A program made the translations under genes and the position numbers. Below the pieces are notes generated by a model. The model searched no databases. It had not been told where the DNA came from and saw only the letters and a program-made list of their open reading frames with translations. From IMG/VR virus record IMGVR_UViG_3300048853_000117, positions 1 through 50,313 of that record: a DNA stretch of 50,313 bases; one strand, 5' to 3'. The stretch comes from a virus (lineage: Duplodnaviria > Caudoviricetes). Shown here piece by piece: positions 1-8,986 of the stretch; within the stretch, counting starts at the first letter, position 1, and each line of letters opens with the position of its first letter.

Positions 1-546
1 CTAAAGGCCGGACTGCTGTGCAAGCCAATCCGCGCTCCGCAGGCTCGGGACTCGGCGTCCGCTGGCTCCTTGAAGCATCGCGATCACCGCCCTCTTCTCT
101 TCGGGCCCTGCGCTAACGTGCAGTGGGCGGCCGACACCGTAGAAGTAGATCCGGTCGAACGGCAGTCGCTGCGCTATCCAGGCAGCGACGCGTCCGGAGC
201 TGATGCCCTTGATCCAGAAGTCCACCGCTTGCCCAAGGCGCGGGCAGATCGGGGCGCCGTCGGGCCTCAGCTCGTGGCCAGCGTGCTGGTCGCGCGTGGG
301 GTCGATGCGGCCTGGGATGAGCCGGGTCAGCGCGTGTGACGCGAAGCCGTAAGTGATCTGGATAGGCCCGAACTCAGCGATCACTGGGTCTAGGATATCC
401 CGGGCAAGGCGTTGCATCGCTTCGACCGTCGCCGCTTGCCTCGGAGCGTTTGGAACGCGCGTTCGTAGCCAGGTCTCGCCGACCTCGACCAGGTCGCGCA
501 GGACAAAGTTGGCTCCACACGGCTCATCGAGGTCGAGGTGGGTCAC
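1..546 (-). CDS. Peptidase M15/Hedgehog-DD-peptidase-like protein
   Basis: LDPVIAEFGPIQITYGF...DQH...GQAVDF...LHVS pattern (H, D, H Zn ligands) typical of the M15A fold; start overlaps the stop of the upstream methyltransferase. Confidence 0.65.
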   Translation of the reverse strand: MTHLDLDEPCGANFVLRDLVEVGETWLRTRVPNAPRQAATVEAMQRLARDILDPVIAEFGPIQITYGFASHALTRLIPGRIDPTRDQHAGHELRPDGAPICPRLGQAVDFWIKGISSGRVAAWIAQRLPFDRIYFYGVGRPLHVSAGPEEKRAVIAMLQGASGRRVPSLRSADWLAQQSGL

Positions 547-2633
547 CTCCCGAGCTCCCGCGCGCCTGCTGGCTGCGCACCGCGGAAAGTGATACCTGCA
601 TCCGCCAGTCGTTGAGCAAGGACGCGGGCGCTCGGACCGAGCCCCTCCTGGACGAAAACGCCCCGCCGCCGCAGCGCAGCGTCGAAGCGCTCCTGCCGGT
701 CACGGCCAGGCGCGTCGGGCAGCATCAGGTGCGCCTTGCCGAGCAACACTCGGCGCTCCGCGGCAGGTTCGACAGTTATCTCGTCGCAGCGACGCCGACG
801 GAGATCGACGACCAGGCGCCGAGTGAGCGTCGGAATGGGGCGCCCCTCAAAATCGTCGAATCGTAGATAGCTGACACGCGCCTCTGAGCCGTGGACCTTC
901 AACAAATCGACGGCCGCCGGCACCGGCTCGATGCGCTCGGCGCAGCCGAGAAGTATGCGGAGCGCGGCGGGCTGCTGCTGCAGAAGCGACGCATGGAACG
1001 TGTAGTCCCCGTCCTTCGCGGCGAGCACGCCGAGCCCTTCAGACGCGGCCCGTACAGAGGCAGCGGCAATGTGGTCCGGCGAGCCGCTCTCGAAGAGCGC
1101 GCTCCTCGCGCGATCGGCCGCGGTCTTCCGGCTCCCCAAGAAGCTCGTGATATCACGTTGCACAGACGGCGGCAGGGTTACCGCGGACCGTCTGCGCTCA
1201 AAGAGATTCAGCGCGAGATAAACGAGCAAGTCATCCGCGCGCCGCGCCGCCACCTTCGCTAGCTCCGCCTCCTTGCCAAGGAACGGCAGCGCTGCGAAGG
1301 CGCGGCGCCCATTGCGGAATGCGTTGGCGACTTCGGCCCACCTTCCGAACTCATCTTGCTCCGGCAGGCGCCCTAGCTCGAGTGTCGCGCACCAGAAGGC
1401 GTCGAGGAGCTCCTGGTGCCGTTCATAGGCGGAGAGGCGCGGCGTGCGCCTCCGCTCTCGCGGTTCGGACGCCGCTTCGCTCGCGTCCACGGATCGGACC
1501 GTGCTCCGCTGACGCCGCGCGAGGAAGGACTGCTCGTCCTCATCTTCCCGGAAAACAAAGACCAATCCGGGGCCCACAGTCACCGGCTCCCGGCCTAGCA
1601 CACCGGACACATATTCGCGCAACTCCGATTGTCCGAAGTACCGCTGGAAGGTGCCCTGGCGGGTGAGAACGCCGTCTGCGAAGCCGCGCCCGCGGGTGTC
1701 ACGTCCATCACCCGGCTGCATGACCGCTACCGAGAGGACCCGACGTGCCAGCGCGAACGCGCGGTGCAGCGCCTCGGTCCGCTCGTGAGGGTCCTCGATT
1801 ACATTGAGGACGAAGCCGAGGTTCACGACGTCGGCAGGCTGCAGAGGGGTGTCCGGGGCGAAATGTGGGTCCCAGCCCGCCGCCTGAATCCCTGCCGCAG
1901 TCAGCGTGCGCACGTCGTCACCGCGCCCGCATCCGTAGTCCAGCACAGTCTCCGCGTCGCCGATGAACCCCCAACGGAGAAGCGCTTGCATGGGCGCCGA
2001 CAGCCGGCTCCGGGAGATCGCCGTCCTGTGCCGTGCGACCTGGCCAATAGCGAGACGGCGGGCGGAGTCATGCGCCGCGGGGTCTGCGAGCACAGCCGTG
2101 TGGCCGTCAACGCTAAGTCCGAGCGCGTCCAGCGCTCGTTGCCAGTAAAGTCGCCGGCCAATCATGTTCGGTGGATGGTCAAACGCGCCGTAATCCTCCA
2201 GCGCTGCCGTGAGCGCGGCGAAAGCGGACCGCGCCGGATGGTCCACCGGCAGCATCAACTCCTTACGGTGGAGGATCAGCGGGTTGTCCTGATTCGGGAA
2301 GTCGCGTCGTGAAATCCTCATGTCCGCGAGGTCGACGAGCCAAGACGTATGTAGCGCCGGAAACGGATCATCGAAGAAATTCGGATAGTTGAGCAGCGCC
2401 AGCTCGGGGCGGCCGCGCGAGATGCGCACGATGTTGTAGTCGTGCACCGACAACCCGGCTGCGCAAGCGGACGCCTCAACGAGGCGTCGTACAGAGGTGT
2501 CCTGGGCCTCCACGAGCGCAAGGTGCATGTAGGTGTCGTCACCCACCCGCTTGCCGCCATCAAGCCGACCTAGTGCTGCTCGGTACAGCGTCAGCAGCCC
2601 ATGGGCCGGGTCGCCCTCCGCCCTATCCTGCAT
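543..2633 (-). CDS. DNA phosphorothioation-associated putative methyltransferase (TIGR04096-like)
   Basis: RHRTAISRSRLSAPMQ, SAM motif VLDYGCGRGDD, GWDP, VNLGFVLNVIED, GTFQRYFGQ; start moved to ATG 2633 because of a G-rich RBS (ORF track start 2864). Confidence 0.8.
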   Translation of the reverse strand: MQDRAEGDPAHGLLTLYRAALGRLDGGKRVGDDTYMHLALVEAQDTSVRRLVEASACAAGLSVHDYNIVRISRGRPELALLNYPNFFDDPFPALHTSWLVDLADMRISRRDFPNQDNPLILHRKELMLPVDHPARSAFAALTAALEDYGAFDHPPNMIGRRLYWQRALDALGLSVDGHTAVLADPAAHDSARRLAIGQVARHRTAISRSRLSAPMQALLRWGFIGDAETVLDYGCGRGDDVRTLTAAGIQAAGWDPHFAPDTPLQPADVVNLGFVLNVIEDPHERTEALHRAFALARRVLSVAVMQPGDGRDTRGRGFADGVLTRQGTFQRYFGQSELREYVSGVLGREPVTVGPGLVFVFREDEDEQSFLARRQRSTVRSVDASEAASEPRERRRTPRLSAYERHQELLDAFWCATLELGRLPEQDEFGRWAEVANAFRNGRRAFAALPFLGKEAELAKVAARRADDLLVYLALNLFERRRSAVTLPPSVQRDITSFLGSRKTAADRARSALFESGSPDHIAAASVRAASEGLGVLAAKDGDYTFHASLLQQQPAALRILLGCAERIEPVPAAVDLLKVHGSEARVSYLRFDDFEGRPIPTLTRRLVVDLRRRRCDEITVEPAAERRVLLGKAHLMLPDAPGRDRQERFDAALRRRGVFVQEGLGPSARVLAQRLADAGITFRGAQPAGARELGR

Positions 2634-2929
2634 CGCGCTCCCCCCGTCCGCTTCCCAGCTTACAGCCGGGGCCACGATCGTTCGCATAGCCCATAGGATA
2701 CTACAGCTAGGCGCCCGCAACGCGAGGCATCGCGGCGGGGCTGGCTCCACTGGCTGCGACTGGGAGGTGGCACATGGCCGGCGCCCGTTACGGGCCCCGT
2801 TCTTCAAGGCTGCTCTTATGCGGTGGGACGGAGCGCTCGTGGGGGTCCCGGTAGCAGCGGGCACCTGGAGCTCGCGGCCAACGAAGTTGTGTTTGCTCGC
2901 GCCTTACCAGCGGCGCTCTACATGGCCCT

Positions 2930-3307
2930 CTAGCTGCAGAGGACGGCACGCTGCTCTGCCCAGCAGGTTGGGAAGGGTGCGAGCAGCGGCTGCAGGCTCA
3001 TCTCACCTGGCTGCCGCCCATCCAGGACCGCCTCGATGATGTCCGGCGCGAGCAGCGTCAGCCGCAGTACGCGGGAGACGTAGGACGAGTTGATCTTCTC
3101 TGCCGCGGCCAACTCGTTGATCGTGGCGAAGCGACCGGCTTCCAGCATCCGCCGCCAGCGGAACGCCCGCGCCACCGCCTTGATGAGCGTGACGTCCTGC
3201 CGGCGCTCCACCGCTATTGCGCCGGGCGTGATCATTGCCTTCCGCCCGCCGCGCGGCTTCACCCAGAGCGGGATGACCACCGTGAGGGTCTGCGCCGCGT
3301 CGCTCAT
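2930..3307 (-). CDS. Small recombinase-associated protein (HTH-like)
   Basis: LIKAVARAFRWRRML...ELAAAEKINSSYVSRVLRLTLLAPDI...DGRQP signature, commonly downstream of DUF2924/serine recombinase; ATGA overlap with the recombinase. Confidence 0.75.
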   Translation of the reverse strand: MSDAAQTLTVVIPLWVKPRGGRKAMITPGAIAVERRQDVTLIKAVARAFRWRRMLEAGRFATINELAAAEKINSSYVSRVLRLTLLAPDIIEAVLDGRQPGEMSLQPLLAPFPTCWAEQRAVLCS

Positions 3308-4656
3308 GCGGCAGCCCTCCGGGCTCCGGGTGGCTGGGCAGCCAGGTCCCGCACCAAGCTACCGAGCCCGTCCAGCCGCAGCCGTACCGCGGCGCCCTCG
3401 GCCCGGACGTCGACCCGGTCCACCAGCAGCCGCACGATGCGTGCACGCTCGGCGGGGAAGAACTCGTCCCAAAGGGGTTCGATCCGCTCCAGCGCCAGGA
3501 GCACCTCCTGCTCGGTCACCTCCGGTGCTGTCGCCCACGCCGCCCGGCATGTGCCCACGACCACCTCGGGCTGCCGGAGCAGCGCGCGAACCTGGGCGAC
3601 CACCGCCGCCTCGATCTCGCCAGCCGGCACCCGCGGGATCGCCGGCCGCTCCGTCGCGCCGCCCTTCAGCACCGCCTGGCTGACATAGTAGCGGTACATC
3701 TGCCCGCCCCTGCCGCGGCTGTGGCTCGGCGACATGGCGCGGCCGTCGCTATCGAAGATCAGCCCGCGCAGGAGCGGCGCCGTGGTGTTCCGGGTCCGAT
3801 TGACCCGAACCCGCGGGTTGACCTGCAGGATCGCGTGCACCGCGGCCCACTGCGCCTGGGTGACGAGGGCGTCGTGCTCGCCGGGATAGGCCGTGCCCTT
3901 GTGCACCGCTTCGCCCAGGTACACGCGGTTGCCGAGGATGCGATAGACATCGTGCTTCGTCAGCGGGCGCCCGCGCTTGGTAGTCGCGCCCTCGGTTTGC
4001 AGTATCTGGACCAGCTTCGTGCAGGACTCGGTCTCGACGAAGCCCTGAAAGATCCGCCTCACCAGCGCGGCCTCGGCGTCATTCACCACCAGCTTCCGCT
4101 CGCGCACTTCGTAGCCGAGCGGCACGTAGCCGCCCATCCACATGCCGCGCTTGCGCGACGCCGCCACCTTGTCGCGGATGCGCTCGCCGATCACCTCGCG
4201 CTCGAACTGCGCGAAGCTCAGCAGGATGTTCAACGTCAGCCGCCCCATGCTGGTGGTGGTGTTGAACGACTGCGTCACCGAGACGAACGTAACCCTGTTC
4301 GCGTCGAACACCTCGACCAGCTTGGTGAAGTCGACCAGCGAGCGGGAGAGGCGATCAATCTTGTAGACCACCACCACGTCGACCAGCCCGTCCCCGATGT
4401 CCGCGACCAGCCGCTTCAGGGCGGGGCGCTCGAGAGTACCGCCGGACACGCCGCCGTCGTCGTAGCGGTCCCGGACGAGGACCCAGCCCTCGGCGCGCTG
4501 CGAAGCGATGAAGGCCTCGCAAGCCTCGCGCTGCGCGTCGAGGGAGTTGAACTCCATGTCGAGGCCTTCCTCGATCGACTTCCGGGTGTAGACCGCGCAG
4601 CGGAGCTTCCGCACGGTCACCGGCATCGCCGCGGTCGGCTTGGCGCCGCGTTTCAT
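3304..4656 (-). CDS. Large serine recombinase (integrase)
   Basis: CAVYTRKS catalytic Ser, YDDGGVSG, YKIDRLSRS, LLSFAQFERE, recombinase domain, YRYY; start MKRGAK at 4656 overlaps the DUF2924 stop. Confidence 0.92.
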   Translation of the reverse strand: MKRGAKPTAAMPVTVRKLRCAVYTRKSIEEGLDMEFNSLDAQREACEAFIASQRAEGWVLVRDRYDDGGVSGGTLERPALKRLVADIGDGLVDVVVVYKIDRLSRSLVDFTKLVEVFDANRVTFVSVTQSFNTTTSMGRLTLNILLSFAQFEREVIGERIRDKVAASRKRGMWMGGYVPLGYEVRERKLVVNDAEAALVRRIFQGFVETESCTKLVQILQTEGATTKRGRPLTKHDVYRILGNRVYLGEAVHKGTAYPGEHDALVTQAQWAAVHAILQVNPRVRVNRTRNTTAPLLRGLIFDSDGRAMSPSHSRGRGGQMYRYYVSQAVLKGGATERPAIPRVPAGEIEAAVVAQVRALLRQPEVVVGTCRAAWATAPEVTEQEVLLALERIEPLWDEFFPAERARIVRLLVDRVDVRAEGAAVRLRLDGLGSLVRDLAAQPPGARRAAA

Positions 4657-5153
4657 GCGGCGCTCCGGCTCGGGCGCAGCCCGAAGAACACGCGCCCGTT
4701 CCACCGCGTGCCGGTGATGGCGCGGGCGATGGCGGAAAGCGACTGGTAGGGGCGGCCCTCGTACTCGTAGCCGGTCCGCGTGACGGTCACGACGTACTCG
4801 ATGCCCCGGTACTCGCGAATCAGCTGCGTGCCAGCGATCGGCTTGTCGTCGCCGCGCTTGCGCCGGACGGTGACCTTCCCGCCGTCGAGCTGCTCGCCGA
4901 GCGCCTCGAGCCGCGCCAGCGTCTCCGGCCTCAGCCCGCCATAGGCGAGCTCCTGGATCCGGTAGGCGAGCCGGCTCTCCAGGAAGCGTCGGTTGTAGGG
5001 CGGCGGCTCCGCAGCGAAGAGCTCGCGCCACTGCTGCTTCAGCGCGCTGGTGTTGATCGTCTTCAGGGCGGCCAGCCGCCGCGGCACGTCCGCCGGCGGG
5101 ATGGCGGCGACGGTGGGTGCCGGCGCCGGCGCGGGGTTCTTCTTCCTCGTCAT
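4653..5153 (-). CDS. DUF2924 domain protein
   Basis: LKQQWRELF...RLAYRIQELAYGGL...GTQLIREYRG...YQSLSAIARAITGTRWNGRVFFGL; start MTRKK at 5153. Confidence 0.9.
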   Translation of the reverse strand: MTRKKNPAPAPAPTVAAIPPADVPRRLAALKTINTSALKQQWRELFAAEPPPYNRRFLESRLAYRIQELAYGGLRPETLARLEALGEQLDGGKVTVRRKRGDDKPIAGTQLIREYRGIEYVVTVTRTGYEYEGRPYQSLSAIARAITGTRWNGRVFFGLRPSRSAA

Positions 5154-5353
5154 GCGTCTCTCCGAATGGACGGGTTCGCATGACGGCGCTGGGCGGCCGG
5201 AAAGTGTAGCAACCGCTCTCCGCCGCCAGTGGCCTCGGGCGCGGCTTCCTCGGCAGCGCGGCTGCGCAGCCGCAGCAGGCCGCGGGCGAGCAGGTCGCAG
5301 ACCTCCCACAGGTGCGGCGGCAGGTGAACATTGGTAGGGATCGGTCTCGGCAT
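5150..5353 (-). CDS. Small hypothetical protein of the integration module
   Basis: EVCDLLARGLLRL motif; stop overlaps the DUF2924 start. Confidence 0.6.
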   Translation of the reverse strand: MPRPIPTNVHLPPHLWEVCDLLARGLLRLRSRAAEEAAPEATGGGERLLHFPAAQRRHANPSIRRDA

Positions 5354-5379
5354 CGGGCGGTGGTCCTTCCGCCCGACAT

Positions 5380-6138
5380 CTACCGGCCGGCCGGCCGCGC
5401 CTTCTCAGTCGGTCGGGCGCATGCCGCCGGCTGAGGCACCACCGGCCCGCGCTCCGCCTCCCCGACCACCATCCGCCACAGCGGGCTCAGCTTCTTCTTG
5501 ATGGTGCTGGTGTCCGGCTGCTTCGGGCGGCCGGCGAACCACGCCTCCATCCGGCGCACCAGCGCGGCGAGGCTCTCGGGCGGCCCCTCGAACAGCATGA
5601 TCCTGGCGACCTCGCGCCAGAACGCGTCCCACTCGTACTGCGGCACCGGGCCGCGCGGCGCCGCGGCGAGCGTGGCCACCACCTCGGCGGGTGCGCCTGC
5701 GCCGTTCGCCGGGGCTTGGAGCTGCGCCTGCGCGGCCTCGAACCGCTCGAGCTCGCCGCGCCGCACGATCAGCCGATCGCGCGTCACGACGTAGACGGCA
5801 TCCTCGTCGTCGTCCTGGCTGGCGATGTCGACGTAGCGGTCGCCCTCGGCGAGGAAGCCCCGGATCGAGCGCGTTCCCTCGGTGAGGGCATGCCACGCGT
5901 CCCAATGCCTGAGGTCCACCGCCCCGGTCAGATGGCGGCGCCCCTCCGGGATGCGGTGCCAGTCCCGCGGGTCGAAGTACTCGATGCTGCCCACCTCGAC
6001 GGTGATCCCCGCCACGACGACGGCGAGCGTCAGCTCCCGCTCGATGACGAAGCCGGCGAGGTCGGCCTCGGAGATCTCCCATCGCCGGCACACCTCCTCG
6101 ATGCCGTAGTGGGGCTTGCGCACGATCAGACTACTCAT
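5380..6138 (-). CDS. Conserved hypothetical protein with probable N- and C-terminal DNA-binding elements
   Basis: Good coding bias; YGIEEVCRRW N-terminus, YEWDAFW...PDTSTIKKKL C-terminus; directly downstream of the repressor. Confidence 0.7.
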   Translation of the reverse strand: MSSLIVRKPHYGIEEVCRRWEISEADLAGFVIERELTLAVVVAGITVEVGSIEYFDPRDWHRIPEGRRHLTGAVDLRHWDAWHALTEGTRSIRGFLAEGDRYVDIASQDDDEDAVYVVTRDRLIVRRGELERFEAAQAQLQAPANGAGAPAEVVATLAAAPRGPVPQYEWDAFWREVARIMLFEGPPESLAALVRRMEAWFAGRPKQPDTSTIKKKLSPLWRMVVGEAERGPVVPQPAACARPTEKARPAGR

Positions 6139-6145
6139 GACGGGA

Positions 6146-6427
6146 TCAGACCTTCCCCACGGCGCGCATCCGCCGGTACGCGAGCACGACCTTGGCCATG
6201 TCCTTGCGCATGTCGGGCGGCAGGCGCTGGGCCTCGACGAACAGGTCGTCCATGCGCACGCCGAGGATGGCGGCCGCGCGCTCGATCAGCTCGTCGCGCG
6301 GCGGCTTCTCGTGGTCGCGCTCGATCCGCGACCAGTAGGCCGGCGAGATGCCGAGCCGCTCCGCGAAGTCGTTGAGCCCGATGCCGAGCGCGGTGCGGCG
6401 CTCGCGCACGACCGACCCGAAGCTCAC
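6146..6427 (-). CDS. XRE/Cro-C1 HTH repressor (ImmR-like)
   Basis: FGSVVRERR...LNDFAERLGISPAYWSRIER HTH_3 signature. Confidence 0.88.
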   Translation of the reverse strand: MSFGSVVRERRTALGIGLNDFAERLGISPAYWSRIERDHEKPPRDELIERAAAILGVRMDDLFVEAQRLPPDMRKDMAKVVLAYRRMRAVGKV

Positions 6428-7161
6428 GACAGCAGCCCTCCCTGCACCAGGCGGTAGCGCGCAACGCGCACCCGCACGAACCGCTCCGAGATCCCGAAGT
6501 CGCCCGCCACGGCGGCGACCACGCCGGCCACGGCGTCGGGCGGGTTGTCCGCCGCGAGCACGCGGCTGCCCTGGCGGCCATGATGCGCGGCGTGGACGGT
6601 GCGTAGGCCCTCCGCCCGCGCATGCAGGAGCAGCCGGAGGTGCAGCGGCACGGCCGGGGCGAGCAGCGCCCCCATGAACTCGTTCGCCCGCCGCTCGGAG
6701 GCGGCCGTGACGCGGTCGAGGAGCGCGTCCGGGTCCGCGGTGACGGAGCGGTAGCGACGCGCCGGCGCCCCCAGGGCGGTGGGCACGTCGAACAGCACGT
6801 GGCCGAGCTCGTGCGCCGCGGTGCTGGCGGCCAGGTCGGGGCGCCCTGCGACCATGCGGGCATTGACCGACACCAGCGCCGTGTCCGGCAGGTCAGGGTC
6901 GGTCTCGCACACGCCGAGCACGGGCGCCCCTGTCTCGTCGTGCACCGGGTGCGCCAGGTCCCAGGCCACGGCCACCGCGCGCCCGTTGGCGCGGACCTCG
7001 CGCGCCGCGGCGACCAGAGCCTCGGCGCCCAGCGCGAAGCCCTCGCGCCCAGCCATGGCCTGGCGGCGCACCTGGACGGCGACGGCCCAGAGCGCCTCGG
7101 CCGAGAGCGGCCGGGGCGCGCCGGAGGCGGCGTGGTGCGGGTACTGCACGACGATCGTCAT
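6424..7161 (-). CDS. ImmA/IrrE-family metallo-endopeptidase (antirepressor)
   Basis: AAHELGH (HExxH) and ERRANEFMGALLAP; coupled to the XRE gene. Confidence 0.85.
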   Translation of the reverse strand: MTIVVQYPHHAASGAPRPLSAEALWAVAVQVRRQAMAGREGFALGAEALVAAAREVRANGRAVAVAWDLAHPVHDETGAPVLGVCETDPDLPDTALVSVNARMVAGRPDLAASTAAHELGHVLFDVPTALGAPARRYRSVTADPDALLDRVTAASERRANEFMGALLAPAVPLHLRLLLHARAEGLRTVHAAHHGRQGSRVLAADNPPDAVAGVVAAVAGDFGISERFVRVRVARYRLVQGGLLS

Positions 7162-7458
7162 GCCCGGAGGCGTGCCAGATCGTTGCGCGATTCGTCAACG
7201 GCGATGTTCGCGTCCCGTTCTCCATCCCCGATATCCTCAGTGTCCACAGGGGGCACGGTTCCGGGGAGCGAATGGGGCGCATTTCCTAGGCCGTCCGACC
7301 CTGCCCAGCGGCAGATCGTTGTAAGTCACTGATACATCAACGGGGACTAAATCGGTCGAGGCATTCATTCCCCATTGCGCCCCTTTGCGCCTCCGCGCCC
7401 CGGCGGCCCGTGTGGTTGTTTCCCTGCGTCACGCACCACGACGCCCGAGGACACCACC
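7162..7458. promoter_or_regulatory. Divergent immunity/lytic promoter region
   Basis: Non-coding, more AT-rich gap between divergent operons; short inverted repeats AATGGGG/CCCCATT and CGTTG/CAACG. Confidence 0.5.
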
Positions 7459-8037
7459 TTGCTCGACACCACGACCATCACCGTGCCCCCGGCGCCCGCG
7501 CCTGCGCCCCGGCACTGGGATAGCCGCCGCGTCGGCGCGGCGATCGCCGCGGCCCGGCACCATGCCTCTCGCCGGGCCCGCCGGGGCCGGCTCCAGTCGG
7601 CCGACCGTGAGGACCTCCGGCAGGACGCGCTCGTCGCCGTGGTCGTCCGATCGCAGGGCTACGACCCGGCGCTGGGCGCCTGGTCGACCTTCGCCGACCT
7701 CGTCGTCCGGCACGCGCTGGCCGACCGCGACGCCGCCCGGAGCACGACCTCGCACCTCGTCTTCGGGATCGAGCTGGACGACCTGCCCGCAGCCGCGGCG
7801 GCGGACCCGACGCCCGATCTCGTGACGCGGCTCGACCTGGAGCGGCTGTGGCCGAGCCTGCCGCCCCTGCTGCAGCGCGTGCTCGCGCTCGTCGCGCGGG
7901 AGGGCAGCGTCGCTGACGCGTACCGGGCGAGCGCGATGCCGACCGCCGCCTTCTACCGCGCCGTCGCCGACCTCCGCCTCTGGCTGCGCGCCGCCGGCCT
8001 CGCACCCCCTGAGAAGGAATGCGGGGTGCGCCGGTAG
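7459..8037 (+). CDS. ECF/sigma-70-like transcription factor
   Basis: Region-2-like DREDLRQD...YDPALGAWSTFADLVVRH and region-4-like LPPLLQRVLAL...AFYRAVADLR; TTG start after GAGGA. Confidence 0.6.
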   Translation: MLDTTTITVPPAPAPAPRHWDSRRVGAAIAAARHHASRRARRGRLQSADREDLRQDALVAVVVRSQGYDPALGAWSTFADLVVRHALADRDAARSTTSHLVFGIELDDLPAAAAADPTPDLVTRLDLERLWPSLPPLLQRVLALVAREGSVADAYRASAMPTAAFYRAVADLRLWLRAAGLAPPEKECGVRR

Positions 8038-8448
8038 ATGCCCGACGTGACGCCACCGCACATCGAGGAGACAGCGCGCATGCACCTCGGACCGACCGAC
8101 GCTCGTCGCGAGCCGGCGGGGATCTCCTCCATCCTGATCGACGAGGCGACGCTGGCCTCGCTGGTCGCGAAGGCCGCCCCGGGCACGAAGATCACCTACT
8201 ACGTCGGGCACCTCTCGCACGACCGGCAGCCCGCGACCCAGGTCCTCGACGCCGCGGCATGCCGCGCGCTGGGCGCCGTCGCCAGCCGCGCCATGCGCTT
8301 CGCCGATGCCGGCTGGGCGCACCTGGTGCAGCGCCGGCTTGGACCTGACTGCTGGGCCTACATCCTGGTCGTGCGTTCGCGGTCGAGGCCGCGCCCGCCC
8401 GCCCGCGCGCCGGTGCGTCCCGGCGTCCCCGCCCTGCAGCTGCACTGA
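8038..8448 (+). CDS. Conserved phage hypothetical protein
   Basis: ITYYVGHL.HDR...AHLVQRRLG...Y motif recurrent in such prophages; start uncertain (8038 or 8080). Confidence 0.65.
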   Translation: MPDVTPPHIEETARMHLGPTDARREPAGISSILIDEATLASLVAKAAPGTKITYYVGHLSHDRQPATQVLDAAACRALGAVASRAMRFADAGWAHLVQRRLGPDCWAYILVVRSRSRPRPPARAPVRPGVPALQLH

Positions 8449-8459
8449 GGCGCGGCGCC

Positions 8460-8876
8460 ATGGGGAAGGCATCCCGCGACAAGGGGCTGCGTCGCGAGCG
8501 CACGGTCGTCGAGATCCACACGAAGTGCGGCATCCGCGCCGAGCGCGTGCCGCTCTCAGGCGCGGTGCGCTACCGGGGCAACGGCGCCGACGTGGACCTC
8601 TACGTCCGCGGGCCCGAGCCGCTCAAGGTCGAGGTCAAGGCGCGCGGCGAGGGCAGCGGCTTCCGCACCCTCGAGCGCTGGCTCGGCGCGAACGACGCGC
8701 TCTTCCTGGTGCGCGACCGCGCGGCGCCGCTGGTGGTGCTGCCGCTGCACGTCTGGCTAGAGGTCGCCGGCCGCAGCGCGGCGCCGGACGGCGACCGCGA
8801 TCGGGTCGAGCGCCGGCGCGCCGCGGAGGAAGGCCCGACCCCGGCCAGCGACGCCGTCGCGCGGAGCGCCGCATGA
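8460..8876 (+). CDS. Holliday junction resolvase-like PD-(D/E)XK nuclease
   Basis: KGLRRER...RVPLSGA...ADVD...VEVKAR, an Hjc-like pattern. Confidence 0.7.
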   Translation: MGKASRDKGLRRERTVVEIHTKCGIRAERVPLSGAVRYRGNGADVDLYVRGPEPLKVEVKARGEGSGFRTLERWLGANDALFLVRDRAAPLVVLPLHVWLEVAGRSAAPDGDRDRVERRRAAEEGPTPASDAVARSAA

Positions 8877-8986
8877 CCCGGCTCCGCGCCCTCGACGCGC
8901 TGCGGCTGCTGGCCGGCGCCGCCGCCTTCGCCCTCACCGTCATCGCCGCCCTCTGGGCCGCGGAACTCCTGCAGGTGACACCGTGA
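8873..8986 (+). CDS. Small membrane peptide (37 aa)
   Basis: ATGA/GTGA overlaps on both sides; single hydrophobic helix. Confidence 0.55.
   Translation: MTRLRALDALRLLAGAAAFALTVIAALWAAELLQVTP

Noticed and set aside
2634-2864. N-terminal extension of the 773-aa methyltransferase ORF
   Set aside because: Low-complexity sequence with no RBS; a better start with an RBS exists at 2633
2988-2999. 12-bp direct repeat GGCTGCAGGCTC also at 46908-46919, a tempting attL/attR core
   Set aside because: The left copy lies inside the conserved C-terminus of the recombinase partner gene, whose family pattern continues past it. The right copy lies inside the small ORF. A GC-rich 12-mer can match by chance, and an empty-site genome would be needed to decide.
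4657-5379. 691-aa version of the recombinase
   Set aside because: The extension overlaps the genuine DUF2924 and 67-aa genes in other frames
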